NCBI GenBank assembly: GCA_046262595.1
Contig: JBHEMM010000010.1
Coordinates: 53,140-63,278, forward strand
DNA length: 10,139 nt
Source: Vulcanimicrobiaceae bacterium
GTDB taxonomy: Bacteria > Vulcanimicrobiota > Vulcanimicrobiia > Vulcanimicrobiales > Vulcanimicrobiaceae
Reading direction: 5' to 3'
The translations under genes and the position numbers were made by a program. The notes under the pieces were generated by a model that saw nothing but the letters and a program-made list of their open reading frames with translations, was not told where the DNA came from and made no database searches. Positions 1 through 7,325 of this stretch are shown in pieces (within the stretch, counting starts at the first letter, position 1; every line of letters starts with the position of its first letter).

Positions 1-1074
1 GCCTTGGTGTACATCGGCGAATGCGATGCGGAAGGGGAGCTGCTTTCCGATGCATGCATCGGTGAGGCGCCTTCGGAGGGCGATTTGGCGCGTGCGATCA
101 AAAGCGTCGCGCGCCAGCTTCCGTTACGCCATTGGCAACAGTTACAGTCGCTCATCGACGACGCGTCGCTTTCGGTCGTGCAGTCGCCCTCGCTCTCCGC
201 GCTGGCGCGTACGCTCGCGCAGATTGCGCTCGGCGGGCTCTGTGATTGGGTGTGCGTGCATATCGTCGACGATGAAGGCGGCGTGCATAGCGCGGAGCTG
301 CCGGCGGAAGGCGATCCGCTGCTGCCGCAGCTGCCCCTGTCGTTTTTGAACGGGTTCGCGCTCATGACGTCACGGATCGACGAACAGTTTTTCGAACAGA
401 TTGCATCGGAGCCGGAAACGCAGGAACGCCTGGCGGCGCTTGCGCCGCTGTCCGCTGCGCTGCTGCCGCTTGCGCACGACGGCCGCCTGATCGGCTCGAT
501 CGTCGCGTTCGCGACGCGCCGGACGATGGATGATGCGCAGTTTCAAGCGTTTTCCAAACTTTCCGCACTCGCTTCGCGGGCTTTTGCCTCGGTGCAGATC
601 CGCGCGGGTCAAGCGGCGCGAGGCGCGTGGAGCCATGTCGCTTGCGCGCAATACGACGCCGAGGTGTTTTCAGCGGCGAATGCATACACACGCGTTTCCG
701 CGTCCCTGGCGCCCGAGGGCGCAAAAATTCTCATCGATCTTGCCGGCGTTCAAGGCGAACGCTTCGCGGGAACGCTCGATGCGAACGCGCACACCCTGCG
801 GTTTGCGTGCAGCGCCATGCCGCAGCCTTTGGCGATCGGGCCGGGCGGCGCTATCCGCACGCTCCGCGTTGTGGGCGAAGAGCAGCGGCTCGCTCTGAAA
901 CCGCGAACGTTCGCGCTGATTTATCCGCAAGGGCTTGCCGGGCCGATCGAAACCGCGCCGCTCGTCGAGTACCTAAGCGACGCGCTGACGGCGGACGAGC
1001 CGGATAACGCCTTGCGCGCCGCACGCGAGATTGCGCGCTACGGACAGAGTTTCGTTCTGATCTCTTCACGCTAA
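1..1074 (+). CDS. GAF-domain signalling protein with a degenerate SpoIIE/PP2C-like C-terminal region (probably 5'-truncated by the window edge)
   Basis: Frame is open from base 1 to TAA at 1072-1074. GAF-like segments: LARTLAQIALGGLCDWVCVHIVDDEG and SAALLPLAHDGRLIGSI. The C-terminal FAGTLDANAHTLRFACSAMPQPL...LALKPRTFALIYPQGL follows the SpoIIE pattern (xxLDxxxxxLxYANAGHPPPL...LxPGDxLLLYTDGL) but lacks the catalytic residues. Confidence 0.7.
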   Translation, partial: ALVYIGECDAEGELLSDACIGEAPSEGDLARAIKSVARQLPLRHWQQLQSLIDDASLSVVQSPSLSALARTLAQIALGGLCDWVCVHIVDDEGGVHSAELPAEGDPLLPQLPLSFLNGFALMTSRIDEQFFEQIASEPETQERLAALAPLSAALLPLAHDGRLIGSIVAFATRRTMDDAQFQAFSKLSALASRAFASVQIRAGQAARGAWSHVACAQYDAEVFSAANAYTRVSASLAPEGAKILIDLAGVQGERFAGTLDANAHTLRFACSAMPQPLAIGPGGAIRTLRVVGEEQRLALKPRTFALIYPQGLAGPIETAPLVEYLSDALTADEPDNALRAAREIARYGQSFVLISSR

Positions 1075-2036
1075 GCGGAGCTCGAGGACAGCAGACGATC
1101 CAAGATACGGTTGATCGCGTCCTGTTCTCCCTTGCCGGTTTCGATCTGCTGCTGCAGGCGGCTTACCGTGCGCGCATCGCCTCGTTCGAGCGCGCGTTCG
1201 CTGATCCGCGCCAGCATGTCGCCGCGCTCCTGCAGAGCGCGCATCGCACTGAAGAGCGCACGTTCAATCTCGTCGCGCTGTAAAGAGGCCATTGTTTCGG
1301 GGCTGTACGAATGACCCGTGCGGCAGCGGAAATGCATCTGGCCCTCGCGCTGCTCCCATAACGTGCCCCCGCAATCGGGACAGGTAAACACGGAGGGGCG
1401 GCCGTCGCGCCGCTCGTCGGGCTGCGGGCGTGCGCCATACGCGCCGTTTTGCACGGCGCGCAGCGCGAAGGCCAGTATTTCGGTGGCGATGGCATCGGCC
1501 GAGCGCACGGCATCGACATTGCCCATGCGGATCGCGTTGAGCGGCATGTCGCTGAACGCCGCTTCTTCGGGCTCCTGCGCGATGCAGTATCCCTTCGCTT
1601 GGTGAATGGCCTGCAGACCCGCGACGCCGTCGTCGAGCGCCCCGGAAAGTAAGACGCCGCAAGCCGCCGCACCGTGCGATTGTGCGGCACTGCGGAAGAG
1701 TACGTCGATGGAGGGACGGTAACCGTTTTCCTTTGCGCCCTTCACGACGCTCATCGTCGCTTCATTGACGATCAAATGGCAGTCGGGCGGAGCGATATAA
1801 ATGCGCCCGCCGGTGAACGGCGCACCATCAAGCGCGTGCGTCGCGAAGAGCGGACTCGAACGCGAAAGGATGTGCGGCAGAGCGCTTACGGCGTCGGCAG
1901 GTGTATGCACCGTGACGAAAACTGCAGCGTCGATCGATTCGGGAAGCGTTGCGACGACGCGCTGGAGCGGTTCTAGGGCGCCCGCCGAGCCGCCGATGCA
2001 GACCGCCGAAACGTGCCGGCCGTTCCGTGTGTGCAT
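1071..2036 (-). CDS. cheB: Stand-alone CheB-type protein-glutamate methylesterase with C-terminal CxxC...CxxxH zinc-ribbon-like motif and helical tail (321 aa)
   Basis: Catalytic triad motifs IGGSAG (Ser), VTVHT (His) and LSGALDDG (Asp), plus YIAPPDCHL and RPSIDVLFRSAA. No N-terminal receiver domain. Tail contains FTCPDCGGTLW...FRCRTGHSYS. ATG at 2036-2034, with TTG at 2039 as an alternative start. Confidence 0.9.
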   Translation of the reverse strand: MHTRNGRHVSAVCIGGSAGALEPLQRVVATLPESIDAAVFVTVHTPADAVSALPHILSRSSPLFATHALDGAPFTGGRIYIAPPDCHLIVNEATMSVVKGAKENGYRPSIDVLFRSAAQSHGAAACGVLLSGALDDGVAGLQAIHQAKGYCIAQEPEEAAFSDMPLNAIRMGNVDAVRSADAIATEILAFALRAVQNGAYGARPQPDERRDGRPSVFTCPDCGGTLWEQREGQMHFRCRTGHSYSPETMASLQRDEIERALFSAMRALQERGDMLARISERALERGDARTVSRLQQQIETGKGEQDAINRILDRLLSSSSA

Positions 2037-2072
2037 CAAAGATTCTGCGCGCAGCTGTCAAACGGTTCGGGT

Positions 2073-4595
2073 ATGACCGAGATCGTGCAAGCGGCCGAAC
2101 AATCCGTCTTCATCATCGGCGCATCGGCCGGCGGCATCGACGCGCTCGAACGTCTTACCGCTGCCCTGCCGGCGGATTTCGCGGCTCCGATCGTCATCGC
2201 GCAACACCTCGATCCGGCTCATCCCAGCCGCCTGCAACAAATCCTTAAGTCGCTCACGCCGCTGAACGTGGTACAAATCGCCGGCACGGCGAATCTCGAA
2301 AAGGCGACGATCTACGTCGTACCCTCCGGACACCACGTTGAAATCGCGGATGGGTCTGTCGCCCTCTCAAGTAAGATGCGCCGCGCGCGGCCGCAGCCGT
2401 CGATCGATCTGCTCATGCAGACGGCCGCCGAGTCGTATGGCGAACGGGTCATCGGCGTCATCCTGAGCGGCACGGGCACCGACGGGGTCGCCGGCGTTCG
2501 CGCGGTAAAGGAAGCCGGCGGCACCGTCGTCGTGCAAGATCCGGCGACGGCCGCATATCCGGCGCTGCCGCTGGCGATACCGCCGAGCTACGTCGATCTC
2601 GTGAGCCCGCTGGACGGTATGGCATCGCTGCTCGCGTCGATTGCGGGCCAGCAAGAAACGCCCGAAAGCTTGTCCGACGACAACATGCTGCGCGCTTTTT
2701 TGACGCAGCTACGCGGGCGCAGCGGCATCGACTTCACGCAGTACAAGATGCCGACGATCATCCGCCGGCTCGCGCGCCTGATGACGGCTGCACGCTGCGC
2801 GAACCTGCCGGATTACATGCGCTATCTGACGGTGAATCCGGAAGCCTATCAGCAGCTCGTCGGCGCATTTCTGATCAAAGTGACCGGATTTTTTCGCGAC
2901 CCGGAACTCTTTGCATGCCTGCGTGAAAGCGTTCTGCCCGATATCATCGCGCACGCCAAGCGCTCGCGCAGCGAGGTGCGCATTTGGTCGGCCGGCTGCG
3001 CGACGGGCGAAGAGCCGTACTCCGTTGCCATCTTGCTGGCGGAACTGCTCGGCGAGGATCTGGACGACTTCCCCATCCGTATTTTTGCGACGGACTTGGA
3101 TGGCGACGCAATCGTCTTCGCGCGGCGCGGCTTGTACGCCGCCGCGGCGCTGGAGGGTCTGCCGGAGGACTTGGCGGCGAAGTACTTCACGAAATCGAAC
3201 GACCTGTATCAGATAAACAAGCGCATCCGCGATTTCACCGTCTTCGGCGAATACGATTTAGGGCAGCGCGCGCCGTTTCCGCGCATGGACCTCGTGCTGT
3301 GCCGCAACGTCCTGATCTATTTCACTCAGGAGCTGCAGCAGCGGACGCTGCAGCTGTTCGCTTTTTCGTTACGCGGCGGCGGTTACTTGGCGCTCGGCAA
3401 GGCGGAAACGACAAACCAGCTCGCGGAGTACTTCGCGCCGTACGATCCGGTGCTGAAGATTTTTCGCCGCCAAGGCGATCGCGTGCTGCTGCCCGCCCCC
3501 GCGTTCGTCGATCCCGGACCCGCCGCGAACACGATGCGCCATGCCGGCGTACGGGGGAACGGCAGCGCGCGGCGTGTGCTCGATGCGGCGCCGCCGTACG
3601 CATCGCTTATCGATCGTCTCGGCGCGTTCTTGTTCGATTCGCCAATCGGCATCGTGGTCATCGATCGCGACTACGACATTCTAGCGATCAACCAGGCGGC
3701 GCGCGGCATGCTCTCCATTCACGGGCCGGCTATCGGCGACGACATCGTTCATTTGATCGGCGGCGAACCCGCCATTTCGCTGCGCGCGCAGCTCGACGCG
3801 TCGTTCCGTAACGGCGCCGGAGCGCACGCGCAGGCAATAGCGCTTCACGACGCGGCGAGCGACGACGTGCGCCACCTGCAGATCGCTTGTTACACCGACC
3901 CGTCCGCCGATGCGAATGGCGTGAGCGGCCCGGCGATTCTCGTCGTGACAGAGGTAACGCAAAGCGTGCAGGAGCTGGACCAGCTGCGGGCACAGAGCGA
4001 ATCACAACGCCGGGAGCACGAACGCCTGGAGAAGCTCAACCGCGGTTTACAAGAACGACACCGTTCGCTCATGGACGCGAACCGGGAAGTGACTGCGGCG
4101 AACAACGATTTGCGCAGCACGAACGAGCATCTGCTCGTGGCGGCGCGAGAAGCCGAAGCGGCGTCCGAAGAGGTCGAAACGCTCAACGAGGAGATGCAGG
4201 CGACCAGCGAAGAGCTCGAGACGCTCAACGAAGAGCTGCAGGCGACCGCTGAAGAGCTCAATACCACGAACGAAGAGCTCGGTTCGCGCAGCACGGATTT
4301 GGAAAAGACGGCGGCGCATCTGGAAAATCTGCTGCAGTCCAGCGAGGATCGTCGCGCGCTCTTCGAAACGGCGCTTTCGCAGCTACCCGCGCCCGTCGCC
4401 CTGGTCGATGGCGCCGGCACTGTCACCGCCGTTTCGCTGGGGTACCATAATCTGGCCGCCGGCGGGAACCCGTTGGCCGCCGTGGGCGAGAAGTGGACGG
4501 CGCCGCGCGCTCAAGACTGCGGAATCGCCGAAGTTCCGTTGGAATATAACGGGCACTTCGCGCGGATGATCGTGCTTTCGCCGCAAAAGCCGTAG
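2073..4595 (+). CDS. CheB/CheR fusion protein (methylesterase + SAM-dependent methyltransferase) with PAS-like domain and EE-rich coiled coil (840 aa)
   Basis: CheB motifs IGASAGG, IAQHL, PSIDLL and LSGTGTDG. CheR motifs GIDFTQYK, VTGFFRD, RIWSAGCATGEEPYS, IFATDLD and DLVLCRNVLIYF. PAS start at DSPIGIVVIDRDYDILAINQAA. Heptad EE repeats follow. ATG 2073 is preferred over 2013, which would overlap cheB head-to-head; GTG 2085 is an alternative. Confidence 0.92.
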   Translation: MTEIVQAAEQSVFIIGASAGGIDALERLTAALPADFAAPIVIAQHLDPAHPSRLQQILKSLTPLNVVQIAGTANLEKATIYVVPSGHHVEIADGSVALSSKMRRARPQPSIDLLMQTAAESYGERVIGVILSGTGTDGVAGVRAVKEAGGTVVVQDPATAAYPALPLAIPPSYVDLVSPLDGMASLLASIAGQQETPESLSDDNMLRAFLTQLRGRSGIDFTQYKMPTIIRRLARLMTAARCANLPDYMRYLTVNPEAYQQLVGAFLIKVTGFFRDPELFACLRESVLPDIIAHAKRSRSEVRIWSAGCATGEEPYSVAILLAELLGEDLDDFPIRIFATDLDGDAIVFARRGLYAAAALEGLPEDLAAKYFTKSNDLYQINKRIRDFTVFGEYDLGQRAPFPRMDLVLCRNVLIYFTQELQQRTLQLFAFSLRGGGYLALGKAETTNQLAEYFAPYDPVLKIFRRQGDRVLLPAPAFVDPGPAANTMRHAGVRGNGSARRVLDAAPPYASLIDRLGAFLFDSPIGIVVIDRDYDILAINQAARGMLSIHGPAIGDDIVHLIGGEPAISLRAQLDASFRNGAGAHAQAIALHDAASDDVRHLQIACYTDPSADANGVSGPAILVVTEVTQSVQELDQLRAQSESQRREHERLEKLNRGLQERHRSLMDANREVTAANNDLRSTNEHLLVAAREAEAASEEVETLNEEMQATSEELETLNEELQATAEELNTTNEELGSRSTDLEKTAAHLENLLQSSEDRRALFETALSQLPAPVALVDGAGTVTAVSLGYHNLAAGGNPLAAVGEKWTAPRAQDCGIAEVPLEYNGHFARMIVLSPQKP
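4167..4280 (+). repeat. In-frame 21/42-nt tandem repeat encoding EExxxxx heptads
   Basis: 4167-4208 and 4209-4250 match at 35/42 nt (EEVETLNEEMQATS / EELETLNEELQATA), followed by EELNTTNEEL to 4280. Confidence 0.85.
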
Positions 4596-4617
4596 GCCGG
4601 CGCGTTATTGCGCCGGC
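4596..4617. terminator. GC-rich hairpin between convergent genes (possible weak terminator or RNA-stabilising stem)
   Basis: GCCGGCGC (4596-4603) - GTTATT - GCGCCGGC (4610-4617) is a perfect 8-bp stem at the junction of two stop codons. There is no U-tract directly after the stem on either strand. Confidence 0.35.
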
Positions 4618-4982
4618 GGAAAAACCCGATAGGCCGAAAACTTTCCGTCGGTGTCTAAACGCACGACGACGTTCATCGCGCCTTTCGTGAAGCCGGCCCG
4701 GTACGTGTACTCGCTCTTGTTCGGATCGCTGGTTACGAACGTCAAGCCGTGGTAGTCGCCCATCTTATGCATTTGGTCTGAAAGAATGCCGAGTTCCGAA
4801 CGGGTGACTTGGTTTCGCAGCGCGTCGTCGAAGTTCTGCGTGACCGAAGAGGCGTCGTCGTTGTAGACTGCCTTGGTGGTCGCGTCCGCTGCGCCTTGCG
4901 CGCCGTTTGCGGAGTTCGCATTCGGCGCGCAGGCAGCCAGCGCCAGCACTGCGAGCAGCGCGGCGCCGCGCGCCGCGAGCAC
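4605..4982 (-). CDS. Small lipoprotein, possibly DUF3887-like (about 125 aa)
   Basis: Signal peptide with lipobox LLAVLALAA-C. The mature part (NFDDALRNQVT...MGDYHG...YRAGFTKGAMNVVVRLDTDGKFSAY) resembles DUF3887 by eye. GTG at 4982 sits one base after the upstream TAA; ATG 5003 is an alternative. The 5138 start in the track overlaps the upstream gene. Confidence 0.75.
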   Translation of the reverse strand: MLAARGAALLAVLALAACAPNANSANGAQGAADATTKAVYNDDASSVTQNFDDALRNQVTRSELGILSDQMHKMGDYHGLTFVTSDPNKSEYTYRAGFTKGAMNVVVRLDTDGKFSAYRVFPPAQ

Positions 4983-4983
4983 T

Positions 4984-5472
4984 TTAGAGCTCGCCCCAGC
5001 CATACGAGACGATCGCAACGTCGGCAGACTTCGCACGCGCTGCTGCGACCCGGCGTCCCTGTTTGCGGGCCGACGCACGACGCGGCGCCGGCGCATAGGC
5101 AGTATGCACGGCGTAACCGCTGCGCTGCGCCATCGCAAGCTGTTGGCGCTGCTGCACGATGACGTTGTGCTGGTAGCCGACTTCCCGCTTCAGATCGACG
5201 ATTTCGGCCAGGGAATTCTGGTACGCGCTTTTCTCGCTGCTGTAGGCCGCCCACGCGTCGTTGTTTTCGGACTGCAGTGTGGCTTGCCGGCGCGCATCTT
5301 CGGCGTAGCGCTCGTGCACTTTGCGGTTATGCTGAATGATCAGGTAGGCGGCCGCCCCGGCGCCGAGCAGAATATTGCGCGTGCTGGCAGCTCCGTCCGC
5401 GAGCGCAGGTGCGGCGGGCATGCCGGCGGCCATCACCGCGGCCAGCGCCGTTCCGGCTAAAAATCGCTTCAT
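4984..5472 (-). CDS. Secreted hypothetical protein with signal peptide, coiled coil and basic tail (about 162 aa)
   Basis: MKRFLAGTALAAVMAAGMPAAPALA| is a Sec-type signal with an ALA cleavage site. AGGAGG lies at 5499-5494. In-frame ATGs at 5493, 5481, 5478 and 5472 make the exact start uncertain. Confidence 0.8.
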   Translation of the reverse strand: MKRFLAGTALAAVMAAGMPAAPALADGAASTRNILLGAGAAAYLIIQHNRKVHERYAEDARRQATLQSENNDAWAAYSSEKSAYQNSLAEIVDLKREVGYQHNVIVQQRQQLAMAQRSGYAVHTAYAPAPRRASARKQGRRVAAARAKSADVAIVSYGWGEL

Positions 5473-5528
5473 CAACATCATCTCTTCATTCATCCTCCTG
5501 AAACCGTAACGCACCCTGCAGTGCGCTT

Positions 5529-5554
5529 GTTCCCCGGGCAGGGGCGCGATATAC
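5529..5554 (-). promoter_or_regulatory. Possible SigB/SigF-type alternative-sigma promoter
   Basis: Minus strand GTATAT-N14-GGGAAC lies about 30 nt upstream of the AGGAGG. It resembles the Bacillus SigB consensus GTTTAA-N12-14-GGG(A/T)A(A/T). Confidence 0.35.
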
Positions 5555-5575
5555 GCCTAAGCAATCGTCCGGCGG

Positions 5576-6466
5576 ATGAACGAGCGCATCGGGGTCGTCG
5601 GCACCGGACGCATGGGCGGGAGTATCGCCTTACGGTTGCATGAGCGCGGCTACCAGGTGGCGGCTTGCTACGATACGGACCGCGAGAAAGTGCAAGCGAT
5701 CGCTGCGCAGACCGGGGCGCGCGCCTGCGCCCGCCTTGCACAGCTGACGGCGGCCGCGGACGTTATTCTCACGGTCGTGACGGATGACGGGGCCATGCGC
5801 ACGATCTTCGCCGAAACCGGCGACTCACTACTCACCGGCGCGGCGGGAAAGACGTTCATCAATTGCGCTACCGTTTCACCGGCGCTCCATGTTGAAGTTG
5901 AAATGCTTTGCGATCGCGCCGGCGCGGCAGCGATCGAAGCGTGCATGGCGTCCTCGATTCCGCAGGCGCGTGCCGGAACGCTATACCTGATGTGCGCCGG
6001 CCGGCGCGCCGATTTCGAACGCGTGCACGGCATCCTTTCAGCGATGAGCGCGTCGCTGCGCTATGCCGGCGAGGCGGGGAGCGCGGCGAAAATCAAAGCG
6101 CTGGTCAACATGGTCATGAACATCAACACCGCGGGCCTAGCAGAAGGGTTGGGTTTGGCGGATGCGCTCGGCCTCGACCTTACCCTGGTGCGCGAGATAT
6201 TCGCACAGACCGGAGCGAATTCGCGTGTCCTGGAAACCGACGGCGCCGACATGCAGCATCGCGATCACGAGTGCTATTTCTCAGCCGAGCACGCCGCGAA
6301 AGACTGCGGAATTGCGCTTGCGCTTGCACGGGCTTGCGCGCTGCCGCTTCCGGTTGCGCAAGCGACGCACCAACAATACGAACGGATGAAAGCGGCAGGC
6401 TTGGGGGCGCTCGACAAATCGGCAATATCGGAGCTCACGTTTCTCTCGCGGCGGCCGGTCCGATGA
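5576..6466 (+). CDS. NAD(P)-dependent oxidoreductase, 3-hydroxyisobutyrate dehydrogenase / beta-hydroxyacid dehydrogenase family (296 aa)
   Basis: Rossmann motif IGVVGTGRMG, plus DVILTVV, INCATVSP, AGTLYLMCAG, the catalytic-Lys motif KIKALVN, LAEGLGLA and the C-terminal FSAEHAAKD. Confidence 0.9.
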   Translation: MNERIGVVGTGRMGGSIALRLHERGYQVAACYDTDREKVQAIAAQTGARACARLAQLTAAADVILTVVTDDGAMRTIFAETGDSLLTGAAGKTFINCATVSPALHVEVEMLCDRAGAAAIEACMASSIPQARAGTLYLMCAGRRADFERVHGILSAMSASLRYAGEAGSAAKIKALVNMVMNINTAGLAEGLGLADALGLDLTLVREIFAQTGANSRVLETDGADMQHRDHECYFSAEHAAKDCGIALALARACALPLPVAQATHQQYERMKAAGLGALDKSAISELTFLSRRPVR

Positions 6467-7263
6467 ATTTCGAAGAGCGTCTGCGGCTGGATGACGGCGA
6501 GGAAACCACGCTGGAGCGTTGGGGGTCGAACGGTCCGGTCATGCTGTGCGTGCACGGCATGACCAGCTCGCGCAAGTCGTGGGAGCGGTTCGCGCTGCAC
6601 TACAGCGACCGCGCGCGGGTGTACGCCTACGACCAACGCGGTCACGGCGATTCGGCGCACGTCAACGGGCCGATGACACTGCACCGCGGGCTGCTCGACC
6701 TTTACAACGTCGTGAATGCGATCGGCGAACCGGTAGACACGCTCGCGGGACATTCGTGGGGAGGCGCCGTCGCTATCTTGGGGGGACGCCGCTTCGACGT
6801 CGCACGCGTCGTCGCAATCGACCCGATGATCCGGCAGGCGGGCGCGGATTGGTATGACGAGTTTCTTCGCGAGCTCAAGACGCTGTTTGCCAAAAAGGGC
6901 GCGGCCCGCGATGCGGCCATCGAAGAGCAATACGCGCAGCTCGGCTGGAGCGCGCTGGACGTCGAACGGAAAAAACATGCGGTGCACGCGATGACGGTGC
7001 AGCCGATCGAGCGGCTTCGCGATGAGAATCCGCCCGAGTCGTGGGATCTGCGCCGTGACTTAGAGGCATATCCCAAACCGCTGTTCCTCGCGATGGCGCA
7101 AGCGGACGAAAGCATCGTCGAGCTCGACGATTTAAAACACGTTCGCGACCGCGGCGGCCGGAACGTCGCATTGCGCGTTTTCGAAGGCCAGGGACACAAT
7201 TTGCACCGCACGGACTTCGACCGCTTCACCGCCGACCTCGACCGTTTCCTCGGCCGCACGTAG
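6463..7263 (+). CDS. Alpha/beta-fold hydrolase (266 aa)
   Basis: CVHG oxyanion motif, YDQRGHGDS, nucleophile elbow GHSWGG, candidate acid in ADESIV and catalytic His in GHNLH. The ATG at 6463 overlaps the upstream TGA (ATGA), indicating translational coupling. Confidence 0.92.
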   Translation: MNFEERLRLDDGEETTLERWGSNGPVMLCVHGMTSSRKSWERFALHYSDRARVYAYDQRGHGDSAHVNGPMTLHRGLLDLYNVVNAIGEPVDTLAGHSWGGAVAILGGRRFDVARVVAIDPMIRQAGADWYDEFLRELKTLFAKKGAARDAAIEEQYAQLGWSALDVERKKHAVHAMTVQPIERLRDENPPESWDLRRDLEAYPKPLFLAMAQADESIVELDDLKHVRDRGGRNVALRVFEGQGHNLHRTDFDRFTADLDRFLGRT

Positions 7264-7271
7264 GCGATGCG

Positions 7272-7304
7272 GAAAAGCGCCGCGTGAAAGCGGCGCTTTT
7301 CTTT
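7272..7304. terminator. Bidirectional intrinsic terminator
   Basis: GAAAAGCGCCGC (7272-7283) - GTGAAA - GCGGCGCTTTTC (7290-7301) is a perfect 12-bp inverted repeat with T-runs on both strands. It lies between convergent stops at 7263 and 7326. Confidence 0.88.
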
Positions 7305-7325
7305 ATTCCGGGGCTGCGCTAAAGG

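Noticed and set aside
2013..2072. Longer start for the CheB-CheR fusion at 2013
   Set aside because: It overlaps the cheB start on the opposite strand and adds residues with no domain similarity.
4167..4280. CRISPR-like or VNTR interpretation of the GAAGAGCTC repeats
   Set aside because: The period is 21 nt, in frame, with synonymous variation and no unique spacers. It is a protein heptad repeat.
2984..4426. ORFs 2984-3811 (+, 275 aa) and 3890-4426 (-, 178 aa)
   Set aside because: They are Arg-rich or Ser-rich alternative readings of the CheR and coiled-coil coding sequence. The Ser runs are the antisense of the Glu codons.
1071..4595. Calling the region a chemotaxis operon
   Set aside because: No MCP, CheA, CheW, CheY or flagellar genes are in the window, and both Che proteins have non-canonical architectures.
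4742..5460. Overlapping ORFs 4742-5254 (-), 4809-5162 (+), 4873-5460 (+) and the 5138 start of the lipoprotein
   Set aside because: These are shadow frames over two genes that have clear export signals and SD support.
5908..6462. 185-aa N-terminal extension of the hydrolase (451-aa ORF in the track)
   Set aside because: It is an Arg-rich off-frame reading of the dehydrogenase gene. The hydrolase fold begins at the ATGA-coupled ATG 6463.
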